From the NCBI GenBank assembly GCA_003554735.1, contig PWHE01000103.1, positions 3,262 through 67,261 of the forward strand: a DNA stretch of 64,000 nucleotides, given 5' to 3'. How positions within the stretch are numbered: position 1 is the first letter of the stretch; the number at the start of each line of letters is the position of its first letter. Below the pieces are notes generated by a model, which did no database searches, was not told the origin of the DNA, and worked only from the letters and a program-made list of their open reading frames with translations. Of the stretch, positions 8,691 through 17,144 are shown piece by piece. Origin of the DNA: Mollicutes bacterium (GTDB lineage: Bacteria; Bacillota_I; Bacilli_A; Izemoplasmatales; Izemoplasmataceae). Both the position numbers and the translations under genes were made by a program.

Positions 8691-8879
8691 CTTGAACCTC
8701 CTTGTATAAATTTATGTTACACATTGATTATACGTTCAAATCATTAAAAATGTAAACGCTTTTGCACCGAAATCGATTGCATTTTAACCCAAGTGATTGA
8801 AACGGTGTTTATTTCAAAGTTTGGCCATAGTAATAATGGAGGTAGTCATCTAATCATTAGAAAGGACAGGGATGTGCGA

Positions 8880-9770
8880 ATGACGAAGAAACTGGGGCTT
8901 TGCCTAACTGGGGGTGGTGCTCGGGGCGGCTATCAGATCGGCGCGATGAAGGCGCTAAAAGATCTGGGTATTTTAGAACGTGTCGAAGTGTTTTCGGGAA
9001 CCTCGATCGGGGCGGCGAATGCAACCGTTGTCGCATCAAGGTCCATCGAGGAAGCCGAGAAGGTATGGCTTAATCTTCCGGATGACAATATTCCGAAGCA
9101 AACACCGAAAGAGAATGGGAAAAAATTATTCCGGTTGCCCGATTTTGAAAACGGAATATACTCTATGGAGGTGTTCCGTTCGGTCATGGCTGATGCGATC
9201 GATTTTGACGCACTCAAGCGAAAGCGCGTCTATGTGACCGTATCGTTGGCCGGTGAAAAGGAAACCGGAATCGGCGAACTGCTCAGATCCTCGTATACGC
9301 ATTATCTGCGAGGTTCCTCGCAGGTACGCTATATGGAGACATGGAAAATGGACAATGAAGCGATTCTGGATAGTGTCATCGCCTCATCTTCCATCCCTAT
9401 GTTCTTCTCCCCCGTCAAAATCGAGAATTACAACTGCTATGACGGAGGCGTGTTTGACAATGTCCCGGTTCAACCACTCATTGATTCGGGGTGCGATGAG
9501 ATTGTCATCATTCACCTTCACCGCTACAAGACGAAGTTCTTCAAAACGAATAAGTATCCGGACACCATCACGTTTCATGAAATCAAGCATACGGGAAAGG
9601 AACTCGGAAAAGTGCTCAAGTTCACGAAATCCCAGACGGAAAAACTGATTGATCTCGGGTACCGGGAGACCATGGATTATTTTAAAACCGTCCCTGAATA
9701 TGCCCACCTGATAAGGACCGATGAGACGCAAGCGGACTCCGATGCCCGCAACATGGACGCATCGTCCTAA
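8880..9770 (+). CDS. patatin-like phospholipase
   Basis: GLCLTGGGARGGYQIGAMKAL oxyanion motif and GTSIGA lipase serine motif. ATG 8880 follows AAAGGACAGGG. The longer ORF from 8793 lacks an RBS. Confidence 0.85.
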   Translation: MTKKLGLCLTGGGARGGYQIGAMKALKDLGILERVEVFSGTSIGAANATVVASRSIEEAEKVWLNLPDDNIPKQTPKENGKKLFRLPDFENGIYSMEVFRSVMADAIDFDALKRKRVYVTVSLAGEKETGIGELLRSSYTHYLRGSSQVRYMETWKMDNEAILDSVIASSSIPMFFSPVKIENYNCYDGGVFDNVPVQPLIDSGCDEIVIIHLHRYKTKFFKTNKYPDTITFHEIKHTGKELGKVLKFTKSQTEKLIDLGYRETMDYFKTVPEYAHLIRTDETQADSDARNMDASS

Positions 9771-9784
9771 CCAGCATGATAAAA

Positions 9785-9808
9785 AACCGGTCTGTGACCG
9801 GTTTTTCA
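9785..9808 (+). terminator. intrinsic terminator after the patatin gene
   Basis: AACCGG (9785-9790) pairs with CCGGTT (9798-9803), then TTT. Confidence 0.6.
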
Positions 9809-9825
9809 ATTTCTGGCGCGATCCA

Positions 9826-9860
9826 ACTTAACATTCACTTAACGTTTCATCATGTATAAT
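9826..9860 (+). promoter_or_regulatory. direct repeat ACTTAACATTC-ACTTAACGTT plus TATAAT: candidate response-regulator box and promoter
   Basis: ACTTAAC occurs at 9826 and 9837 (11-bp phasing). TATAAT at 9855-9860 lies 18 nt after the start of box 2. Confidence 0.5.
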
Positions 9861-9893
9861 GACCATGAAAAAGAATGAACAGGACGTGAAATC

Positions 9894-10547
9894 ATGAGAT
9901 TGCTGATTATTGAAGATGAACAGGCACTGCACAACGCACTTCGAAAGGGGTTTGAGAAATCCGGCTATGCGGTCGATACCGCCATGGACGGCGAAGCCGC
10001 CCTGGAGTGTTTTTATTCGGCCAGCTATGATGTCATCATTCTCGATCTGAATCTTCCCAAGATGGACGGCCTTGAGGTGCTTGAGGAAATCCGCAAGGAG
10101 GATAGGACAACGAATGTGTTGGTCCTTTCGGCGCGAAGCGAGGTCGAAGACAAGATCACCGGTCTGGATCTCGGGGCGAACGACTACCTCGCCAAACCGT
10201 TCAGTTTCAAGGAACTGCACGCCCGCGTCCGCGCGCTTTCAAGAAGGGATTACGAGGTGAAGGACAACGCCATAAAGATTGGCGACATCACGTTGGATAT
10301 GACCCTGAAAAAAGTGAAGGTCAAGGATAAGACGATCGCACTGACCAAAAAAGAGTATGGCATTCTCGAATACCTTATGGTGAACCGCGGGAAAGTAATC
10401 AGTGCGGAAGCGATTTTTGAACATGTCTGGGACAGCAGTGCCGACATGTTTTCAAACGCGTTCAAAGTGCACCTGGCTTCGCTTAGAAAAAAACTGCCCA
10501 AGAACTTCATAAAAACACGAAGAGGAGAAGGGTATTATGTGGAATAA
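9894..10547 (+). CDS. OmpR/PhoB-family response regulator
   Basis: Receiver domain (LLIIEDE, DVIILDLNLPKMDG, ANDYLAKPF) plus a winged-helix C-terminus (LTKKEYGILEYLM). Confidence 0.95.
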   Translation: MRLLIIEDEQALHNALRKGFEKSGYAVDTAMDGEAALECFYSASYDVIILDLNLPKMDGLEVLEEIRKEDRTTNVLVLSARSEVEDKITGLDLGANDYLAKPFSFKELHARVRALSRRDYEVKDNAIKIGDITLDMTLKKVKVKDKTIALTKKEYGILEYLMVNRGKVISAEAIFEHVWDSSADMFSNAFKVHLASLRKKLPKNFIKTRRGEGYYVE

Positions 10548-11610
10548 CATGTCGCTTCAAAGCCGACTCATCGTAGCGGGAACGCTCATTTTCATGATGG
10601 CGGGCGCCTTGCTTGGGGGCGGGCTGATCTATTTTTCTTTCCGAACGTTTTCTTTTGATGCGTTCACCGACGCGGCGGACCTCGACGCTTCGAGTGCGAG
10701 CGCCCTTCATTACCGTGATTACTTTCTGGCGGCACGCGAGACGTTTGTCATGCAAAGCGTTTTGCTTGTGGTCTTTGTCATCGTCACAGGGGCATTGGTC
10801 CTTTGGTTGGTTTTCCGGCGAACCATGCGCCCGCTCAGGGAACTGAGTGAAAGGCTTGATGCCCTGGAGGCGAACAACCTGCCAGCGTCCATCGACCTTG
10901 AACACAAGAACCCGGATGTCAGACAGTTCCTGAGATCGTTCAACACATTGTTACGACGCATCAACGCCACCCTCGAAAGTCAAAAACATTTTGTCGCGAA
11001 CGCGGCCCACGAACTCAAGACGCCGCTTTCTTCCATCATGACCAATCTCGATGTGCTCGAGATGGATGAGGATCCTTCAAAAGAGGATTATCGTGAAGTG
11101 TTGCTCATCACACGGGACAACATTGAACGCATGAGCGACCTGGTCAGGAACATGCTTGAACTCACGCAACTTCAAAAACGGGATTATGAACAATTTTCGC
11201 TGCGCGATCTCACGGTTATAAGCGATGAGATGGAAGCCGCCATAAAAGCGAAGAATCTGAATGTCGAATTTAGGGGCGACACCGTTCTTGAAGGCAGCCG
11301 CACTCTGATCGAACGGGCCATCCAGAATCTTGTCGACAACGCCATCCGCTATTCTTCTGAGGGGGGCGATATTCAAATCTCGGCGGATGAGAACACGATT
11401 ACGATATCCGACAATGGCATCGGCATCCCGAAAGACAAGCAGGAGAAGGTGTTCGAACCGTTTTATTGCGTCGATCCCTCACGCTCACGTGAACTGGGTG
11501 GAAGCGGCCTCGGTCTGTCCATCGTCCACCAGATTCTTACCAGACACGGCATGTCCATCGACCTTGACAGTGAAGAGGGCCAGGGCACGACATTTATAAT
11601 TCATACGTGA
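10537..11610 (+). CDS. sensor histidine kinase (HisKA + HATPase_c)
   Basis: Two TM segments, H-box FVANAAHELKTPL, N-box LVDNAIRYS, G-boxes DNGIGI and GGSGLGLSIV. It overlaps the response-regulator gene by 11 nt. Confidence 0.95.
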   Translation: MWNNMSLQSRLIVAGTLIFMMAGALLGGGLIYFSFRTFSFDAFTDAADLDASSASALHYRDYFLAARETFVMQSVLLVVFVIVTGALVLWLVFRRTMRPLRELSERLDALEANNLPASIDLEHKNPDVRQFLRSFNTLLRRINATLESQKHFVANAAHELKTPLSSIMTNLDVLEMDEDPSKEDYREVLLITRDNIERMSDLVRNMLELTQLQKRDYEQFSLRDLTVISDEMEAAIKAKNLNVEFRGDTVLEGSRTLIERAIQNLVDNAIRYSSEGGDIQISADENTITISDNGIGIPKDKQEKVFEPFYCVDPSRSRELGGSGLGLSIVHQILTRHGMSIDLDSEEGQGTTFIIHT

Positions 11611-11644
11611 CTTAACCGAAACTTAACCTTCCGTTTGCTAGGAT
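11610..11644 (+). promoter_or_regulatory. second copy of the ACTTAAC-N4-ACTTAAC direct repeat with a TGcTAGGAT -10-like element
   Basis: ACTTAAC occurs at 11610 and 11621. TAGGAT at 11639-11644 lies 18 nt after box 2, the same geometry as 9826-9860. Confidence 0.4.
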
Positions 11645-11672
11645 TGAACATGCAAACGGAAGGTTTTTTCTT
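11625..11672 (+). terminator. strong intrinsic terminator after the kinase gene
   Basis: 14-bp perfect stem AACCTTCCGTTTGC / GCAAACGGAAGGTT (11625-11638 / 11652-11665) followed by TTTTTTC. Confidence 0.85.
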
Positions 11673-11705
11673 TTTGCCAAAACTATCATAAAGGAGCAAT
11701 GAACC

Positions 11706-12203
11706 ATGAAAAGAATCATTACCGCATTTTCCCTAGTGCTATTCGGAATGCTTTTGGCCGGATGCACCACGCCGGAGAACCGTGTCCTCGAGGATGATCT
11801 GAATGCCATCCTCGAAACCATGTATGCCTACGAAGGCCTGGAGGAGGATACCAGGAACTTTCTTGAAAACCTCACAGTAAAAGAAGTGGAGGACGACCGT
11901 GCGGATTTCCATATGGGATCCGACGACGTCAACTACAGTGAAGCGATCGCATCGGTCCCTTCCCTGGGCACCGCACCGTTTGAGGTCACCCTCATCCGTG
12001 CTTCGCGCAATGCGGATATCGAGGCGGAGATTTCCGAAATCGAATCCAACATCAACCCGATGAAATGGGTGAGTTTCGGTGTCGAACCCGAAAACATCGT
12101 GGTTGACAACATCGGCGATGTCATCATAATCATCATGAGTGATGACCACGTGGATGAAATTCACGAAGCCTTTCTTTCCTTACAACCCGAAACCACTGAA
12201 TAA
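11706..12203 (+). CDS. small acidic lipoprotein (possibly DUF4358-like)
   Basis: Lipobox LLAGC. It is the first gene of an operon with the MBOAT and DHHW genes. The family assignment is tentative. Confidence 0.6.
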   Translation: MKRIITAFSLVLFGMLLAGCTTPENRVLEDDLNAILETMYAYEGLEEDTRNFLENLTVKEVEDDRADFHMGSDDVNYSEAIASVPSLGTAPFEVTLIRASRNADIEAEISEIESNINPMKWVSFGVEPENIVVDNIGDVIIIIMSDDHVDEIHEAFLSLQPETTE

Positions 12204-12224
12204 ATGACCCTGGGAGGGTTTTGA

Positions 12225-13628
12225 ATGGTATTTTCAAGCGTCAATTTCCTGTATTACTTTCTTCCTTTGTTGCTGATTGTCTATTTTGCGGTGCCCTCAA
12301 GGGCCAAGAACCTTGTCTTGTTCGTCTTTTCCATCGCCTTTTATTTTTACGGCGAGCCGCTTTATACGGTGTTGCTGATTGGCGCTTCCCTCTCCGGCTA
12401 TGTTCACGGACGGCTGATTGATTACTACCGGGGCACGCCGCGTGCCAAAGGGTTCCTCATCAGTTCGATCGTGGTGGGAATCGGTCTGCTTGGTTTCTTC
12501 AAGTACGCCAATTTCTTCATTGAAAACATTAACGTCATTTTTGATTCGCAACTCGGCCTTTTAAGAGTGATTTTGCCGATAGGCATCAGTTTCTACACCT
12601 TTCAGGTACTGAGTTACACCATTGATGTATATCGAGGTGAAGTCGCTGTGCATAGAAACGCCCTCGACTTCATGACCTATGTGGCGTTGTTTCCACAATT
12701 GATTGCGGGCCCCATCGTCCGTTATGAGACCATCGAGCATCAACTCAAAGGACGGACCCATAGTTTTTCTGACCTATATTACGGAATAAGACGGTTTGCT
12801 GTGGGTCTTGGAAAAAAAGTGCTCATCGCGAACACACTGGCCGAGGTCGTAGTGCATTTCAATCATGCCGATCAGGCCTCCATCCTATTTTACTGGCTTG
12901 CGGCCATTGCGTTTATGCTTCAGATATATTATGACTTCTCCGGATACAGTGACATGGCGATCGGTCTCGGAAGGATGTTCGGGTTCCGTTTCCCCGAAAA
13001 CTTCAATTATCCCTATGTCGCAAAAAGCGTTACCGAATTCTGGCGACGGTGGCATATATCCTTGGGCATGTGGTTCCGCCGCTATGTCTATATTCCGCTC
13101 GGAGGGAACCGTGTCAACGTGCTCAAGCTGTTAAGGAACATTCTCATTGTCTGGTTCCTGACGGGCTTTTGGCACGGGGCGGCGTGGAATTTCATCGTCT
13201 GGGGCGTCTTGTACGGTGTCTTGCTGCTGTTTGAGAAACTTGTACTCAAGGAAAACATAAGCCGGATCCCTGTGCCTCTTCGTCATGGCTATGTGCTTTT
13301 TGTGGTGCTGATCGGCTTTGTGCTTTTCAATGCCGGGAGCCTTAGCGAAGGCCTTGAAAACATACAAGGCATGTTCGGGTTGCTCGGCGTGCCGTTGGCG
13401 ACGGGTGAATCGATTTATTATCTCAGAAGCTATGGCGTCGTCATCCTGCTCGCCTGCATCGGTTCGACACCACTCATCGCCAATACGGTCAAAGGGCTCA
13501 GAAACCATGCGTTCATGATCCGTTTGAGTGATTATCTCGAACCGGCCGCCTACGTGTTCCTCATCGTGATGGTGACAGCCAATCTCGTAGACGGCTCATT
13601 CAATCCATTCATCTATTTCCGCTTCTAG
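12225..13628 (+). CDS. MBOAT family O-acyltransferase (AlgI/DltB/PatA-like)
   Basis: Multi-TM protein with SVTEFWRRWHISL and FLTGFWHG signatures, including the conserved His. RBS GGGAGGG. Confidence 0.9.
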   Translation: MVFSSVNFLYYFLPLLLIVYFAVPSRAKNLVLFVFSIAFYFYGEPLYTVLLIGASLSGYVHGRLIDYYRGTPRAKGFLISSIVVGIGLLGFFKYANFFIENINVIFDSQLGLLRVILPIGISFYTFQVLSYTIDVYRGEVAVHRNALDFMTYVALFPQLIAGPIVRYETIEHQLKGRTHSFSDLYYGIRRFAVGLGKKVLIANTLAEVVVHFNHADQASILFYWLAAIAFMLQIYYDFSGYSDMAIGLGRMFGFRFPENFNYPYVAKSVTEFWRRWHISLGMWFRRYVYIPLGGNRVNVLKLLRNILIVWFLTGFWHGAAWNFIVWGVLYGVLLLFEKLVLKENISRIPVPLRHGYVLFVVLIGFVLFNAGSLSEGLENIQGMFGLLGVPLATGESIYYLRSYGVVILLACIGSTPLIANTVKGLRNHAFMIRLSDYLEPAAYVFLIVMVTANLVDGSFNPFIYFRF

Positions 13629-13638
13629 GAGGCTAATC

Positions 13639-14736
13639 ATGAAAACCCCATTCAAACATATTGCCGTTCCGGTGGTCTTTATCGGTTTCTTGCTTTTGGG
13701 GATGGCGGTGAACATCATCACCCCGGCAAGAGAACTTTCTGAAGTCGAGCGCCGGCCGTTGATACAGTTTCCTTCATGGAGCTTTGACACCCTCTTCGAC
13801 AGCGAGTACTACGCTTCACTTGAGAAATATGCGTTGGATCAGTTCGTCTTAAGAGACCGGATGCGTTCCATCAATGCCCATACGCGCAGACATCTGTTCT
13901 TTCAGCGCGACGTCAATGACATCTATCTCATTGACGATCACATCCTCAGCATGGAATACCCGCTCAATGAATCATCCATCATCCATGCCGGCACGCTCAT
14001 CGAGACAATCATCGACAATCACCTGAACGGACATGATATTCATTATGGCGTCATTCCGGACAAAAACTATTTTGTGGCTCCGCAGAACGGCTATCCGCAT
14101 ATCGATTATCGCCACATGATTGAACTTCTGCATGCCCACATTGAGGGCGCCGAATATATCGATCTCAAAGATACGATAGAACTCGATGATTTCTTCCGTA
14201 CCGACCATCACCTCCGGCAGGACGGACTTATCAACATGCGTAGTGTCCTATTCGAGCATCTTGGCATCAACCCACCCGATGCCCCCCACCGCATCCATCA
14301 CGAACATGCGGGTTTCAAAGGCTCATACTACGGTCAGGCCGCCCTACCGGTCAACAAAGACACCATCCGACTATTGAGCAACGATATGATCGATGCAATG
14401 CACGCTTATGATCCGACATCGGGCGAAACCGTCGACATCTACGACCTTGAAGCGCTAAACGGAATAGACCCTTATAACGTTTTTTTTGGTGGACAACACG
14501 CCATCCGAAGGATTGAAAACCCGAACGCCACAAACGACGAGGACCTTGTCATCTTCGGCGATTCCTACTCTACAGCCCTCGCCCCACTCTTGGCCGAAGG
14601 TTACCGGTCCCTCACTTTGATCGACCTCAGGTTCGTTTCCCACGAAACATTGGACCAACACATCGACTTTACAGACCAGACGGTTCTCTTTCTCTACTCG
14701 GTTCCGATACTGAACGACAGCTACATGCTTTCATAG
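13639..14736 (+). CDS. DHHW-family protein (AlgX/AlgJ/PatB-like extracytoplasmic acyl-transfer partner)
   Basis: N-terminal TM anchor. FFRTDHHLRQDG matches the DHHW motif region. The start lies 10 nt after the MBOAT stop, with RBS AGGAGG. Confidence 0.75.
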   Translation: MKTPFKHIAVPVVFIGFLLLGMAVNIITPARELSEVERRPLIQFPSWSFDTLFDSEYYASLEKYALDQFVLRDRMRSINAHTRRHLFFQRDVNDIYLIDDHILSMEYPLNESSIIHAGTLIETIIDNHLNGHDIHYGVIPDKNYFVAPQNGYPHIDYRHMIELLHAHIEGAEYIDLKDTIELDDFFRTDHHLRQDGLINMRSVLFEHLGINPPDAPHRIHHEHAGFKGSYYGQAALPVNKDTIRLLSNDMIDAMHAYDPTSGETVDIYDLEALNGIDPYNVFFGGQHAIRRIENPNATNDEDLVIFGDSYSTALAPLLAEGYRSLTLIDLRFVSHETLDQHIDFTDQTVLFLYSVPILNDSYMLS

Positions 14737-14775
14737 CCGCCCTTTATTAAGCCATCCAAAACCACGAAGCCACAA

Positions 14776-14830
14776 ACATGACAAAACATGACAAATATAT
14801 ATTGACATGTTTTGTCATGTGGTGTATGCT
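14776..14830 (+). promoter_or_regulatory. promoter (TTGACA-17-TATGCT) overlapped by a perfect 15-bp inverted repeat
   Basis: ACATGACAAAACATG (14776-14790) is the reverse complement of CATGTTTTGTCATGT (14806-14820). The -35 lies at 14802-14807 and the -10 at 14825-14830. ACATGACAAA is also tandemly repeated. Confidence 0.6.
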
Positions 14831-14850
14831 ATAAGTGGAGGTGGTTTCAC

Positions 14851-15309
14851 ATGGAAGAAAAGTATTACACGTTGGAAGACATCATGGCGATCACAAAACT
14901 CTCAGAAAGGACCATTCGGCGATACATTGCATCCGGAAAGTTGAAAGGCTTCAAAGTCGGTGGGGAGTGGCGTTTTACTCAAAAACACCTTGAAAACCTT
15001 TTTGAAGAGAAGAACTTTCACAAGGACATAGCCGCTCAAGCCGGAAAAGAAGTGAATGATTTCCTGCGCAGAGCCAACGTCCAGCACGAGGACGTTCGTG
15101 GCTGCAGCGTGCTCGACTTCAAAAACCTCAGCAAAAAACAGCATGCGGCCATTCGTCTCATTGTTTCGAGGATTCCTTCAAAACATCATGGCATCACCAT
15201 GAAGCTCTACCCCGAAGGCGACACACTGAGAATCTCCATGGTGGGCGGCATCGATTATCTTCAAGAGATGACACACGAGCTTTACAAGGTTGTTCAAGCC
15301 AATGATTGA
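14851..15309 (+). CDS. excisionase/MerR-type helix-turn-helix DNA-binding protein with an uncharacterised C-terminal domain
   Basis: YTLEDIMAITKLSERTIRRYIASGKLKGFKVGGEWRF matches the HTH_17 pattern. ATG 14851 follows AGTGGAGGTGG. Confidence 0.7.
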   Translation: MEEKYYTLEDIMAITKLSERTIRRYIASGKLKGFKVGGEWRFTQKHLENLFEEKNFHKDIAAQAGKEVNDFLRRANVQHEDVRGCSVLDFKNLSKKQHAAIRLIVSRIPSKHHGITMKLYPEGDTLRISMVGGIDYLQEMTHELYKVVQAND

Positions 15310-15329
15310 TCCGAACGATTCTAAAAAGG

Positions 15330-15367
15330 TAACCAAGCAATGATTATTTTTGCTCGGTTATTTTTTT
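15330..15367 (+). terminator. intrinsic terminator
   Basis: TAACCAAGCA (15330-15339) pairs with TGCTCGGTTA (15351-15360) with one mismatch, then TTTTTTT. Confidence 0.65.
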
Positions 15368-15461
15368 ATGTGAAGTACATGTTTTATGATTTTTGATGTG
15401 TTTGCATGACACTTGGCATATAATAAAGGTGAATTCATATTGACGAAAAGGGGGAAAAATC

Positions 15462-16271
15462 ATGTTTGTTGAAGGAAAGGTCATTGTGGTAACTGGCGGT
15501 GGTGGCGGAATCGGTCGCGCGCTTGCGTTGAATCTTTTGGAAAAAGGCGCACGCGTAGCGGCAGTCGATCTGAATGAAGAAGGACTCAAAGATTTGCAAA
15601 AAGCCGCCAGAGGATATGGAGAACGGTTTTATATGCATGTGATGGACTTGACGGATAAAACGGCGCTTAATATGCTTCCCAAAATTGTCGAAAACAATCT
15701 TGGCACAGCGGATGGCATCATCAATGTCGCAGGCATTATCCAGCCGTTTTTAAAAGTTTCTGAACTTGACGATGAAACAATCAAGAAAGTGATGGACATC
15801 AACTTTTATGGCACCCTCAACATGATTCAGGCATTTCTTCCGGGACTCAAAAAACGGCCTCGCGCCCATATCGTGAACATATCATCGATGGGTGGATTCC
15901 TCCCGGTTCCCGGACAAACCGTGTACGGTGCATCGAAAGCCGCTGTCAAACTTTTGACAGAAGGCCTCTATTCGGAGTTGAAAGACACAAATGTCTCTGT
16001 CACTGTCGCCTTTCCTGGGGCGGTGGGAACCGACATCGCCAAGAACTCCGGCGTCGATGTGCCACCGCAAGAAGGCACCAAGCAGCATAAGACGTTGTCG
16101 CCATACAAAGCGGCGGAAACCATCATCGAGGCGATGGAAAAGAACAAATTCCGTGTTTTGGTCGGAAGCGACGCAAAGGTCATGGATTTTCTCTACCGGG
16201 CAATGCCTAAGAGAGCGACCAACATGATCGCGAAAAAAATGGCTTCTTTACTTGAAAAACAACATGCCTGA
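15462..16271 (+). CDS. SDR family oxidoreductase
   Basis: VTGGGGGIGRALA cofactor motif and YGASKAAVKLLTE (YxxxK). Confidence 0.9.
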   Translation: MFVEGKVIVVTGGGGGIGRALALNLLEKGARVAAVDLNEEGLKDLQKAARGYGERFYMHVMDLTDKTALNMLPKIVENNLGTADGIINVAGIIQPFLKVSELDDETIKKVMDINFYGTLNMIQAFLPGLKKRPRAHIVNISSMGGFLPVPGQTVYGASKAAVKLLTEGLYSELKDTNVSVTVAFPGAVGTDIAKNSGVDVPPQEGTKQHKTLSPYKAAETIIEAMEKNKFRVLVGSDAKVMDFLYRAMPKRATNMIAKKMASLLEKQHA

Positions 16272-16315
16272 TGATTAGTCGCATGTATTTAGCTATGGTA
16301 TAATATATTACGTAT

Positions 16316-16363
16316 GGCGCAAAAACAAGACGCCTTCAAAAGAGGTGTGTTTGTTTTTGTGCC
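16316..16363 (+). promoter_or_regulatory. 5'-proximal stem-loop directly after a TGgTATAAT promoter (16296-16304)
   Basis: GGCGCAAAAACAAGAC (16316-16331) pairs with GTGTTTGTTTTTGTGCC (16347-16363), about 14 bp including G-U pairs. No U-run follows. Confidence 0.4.
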
Positions 16364-16409
16364 AAAACGAAATTAGCGCGCACCAAAACCAACAAGGGAG
16401 AATGATGCC

Positions 16410-17144
16410 ATGAGTGTGGTATATAATACGTTGATCATTTTTGCCTACTATGCCATTGTCGTCGCAATGATTCCAGCTTTAATGAAACGGATTCTAAGAC
16501 CTGATAACGAGTTCATCCGGAAGTTTCAACACATCGGGTACGCTTTTTCCGTCTTTTTTTTCATTCACCTCTTCGACGTTTGGTTTTTGGCACTGGTCCC
16601 CGCATTCGTGTTATGCGTTGTCGCGTTTCCTTTGCTTAAGTATTTCGAGCGTTTCAAAGAGTATTCACGGTTTTTAGTCGATCGCAAACGTTCCGGCGGC
16701 GAACTGAAATACTCGCTTATTCTCTCTCAGCTAACCTTCATTGCACTTATCACGGTGTTTTGGGGCGTACTCGGTGAAACCTACCGTTTCATTATCCCCG
16801 TGACCATCATGAGCTTCGGTTTCGGGGATGCGCTTGCCGCACTCATCGGAAAGAAGTTCGGCAGGCGACAGACTCCGATGCCTTATGCCGATGAAAACAA
16901 GACGGTGCTTGGAAGCACCGCCATGTTCGCGGCATCGCTTCTCTCCATTTTTTTGGTTCTCTTGATCTATACCGCAATTCTCTGGTGGGTCATTCTGATC
17001 ATCGCGCTTATGGTCGCACCGCTTTCGACCATGTTGGAACTTTACTCGAAAAACGGATGGGACACCATCACTGTCCCTTTTGGCACAGCAGTCCTGCTTT
17101 ACGTTTCCGTGCTTATGCTTGAATGGGTGGGTGTCATGCTATGA
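16410..17144 (+). CDS. CTP-dependent polyprenol/diacylglycerol kinase-like membrane protein (dolichol/phytol kinase family)
   Basis: 7-8 TM segments. FGFGDALAALIGKKFGRR motif is typical of the CTP_transf_1/DolK/VTE5 group. Confidence 0.65.
   Translation: MSVVYNTLIIFAYYAIVVAMIPALMKRILRPDNEFIRKFQHIGYAFSVFFFIHLFDVWFLALVPAFVLCVVAFPLLKYFERFKEYSRFLVDRKRSGGELKYSLILSQLTFIALITVFWGVLGETYRFIIPVTIMSFGFGDALAALIGKKFGRRQTPMPYADENKTVLGSTAMFAASLLSIFLVLLIYTAILWWVILIIALMVAPLSTMLELYSKNGWDTITVPFGTAVLLYVSVLMLEWVGVML

Noticed and set aside
8154-8747. 197-aa plus-strand ORF.
   Set aside because: It is antisense to the SDR gene (TGGARGMG and YxxxK motifs on the minus strand). It is a shadow ORF.
14851-15309. Excisionase-type HTH as a marker of a prophage or integrative element.
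   Set aside because: No integrase, recombinase, att-like direct repeats, tRNA gene or phage genes lie within several kb. Flanking genes are ordinary metabolic or envelope genes.
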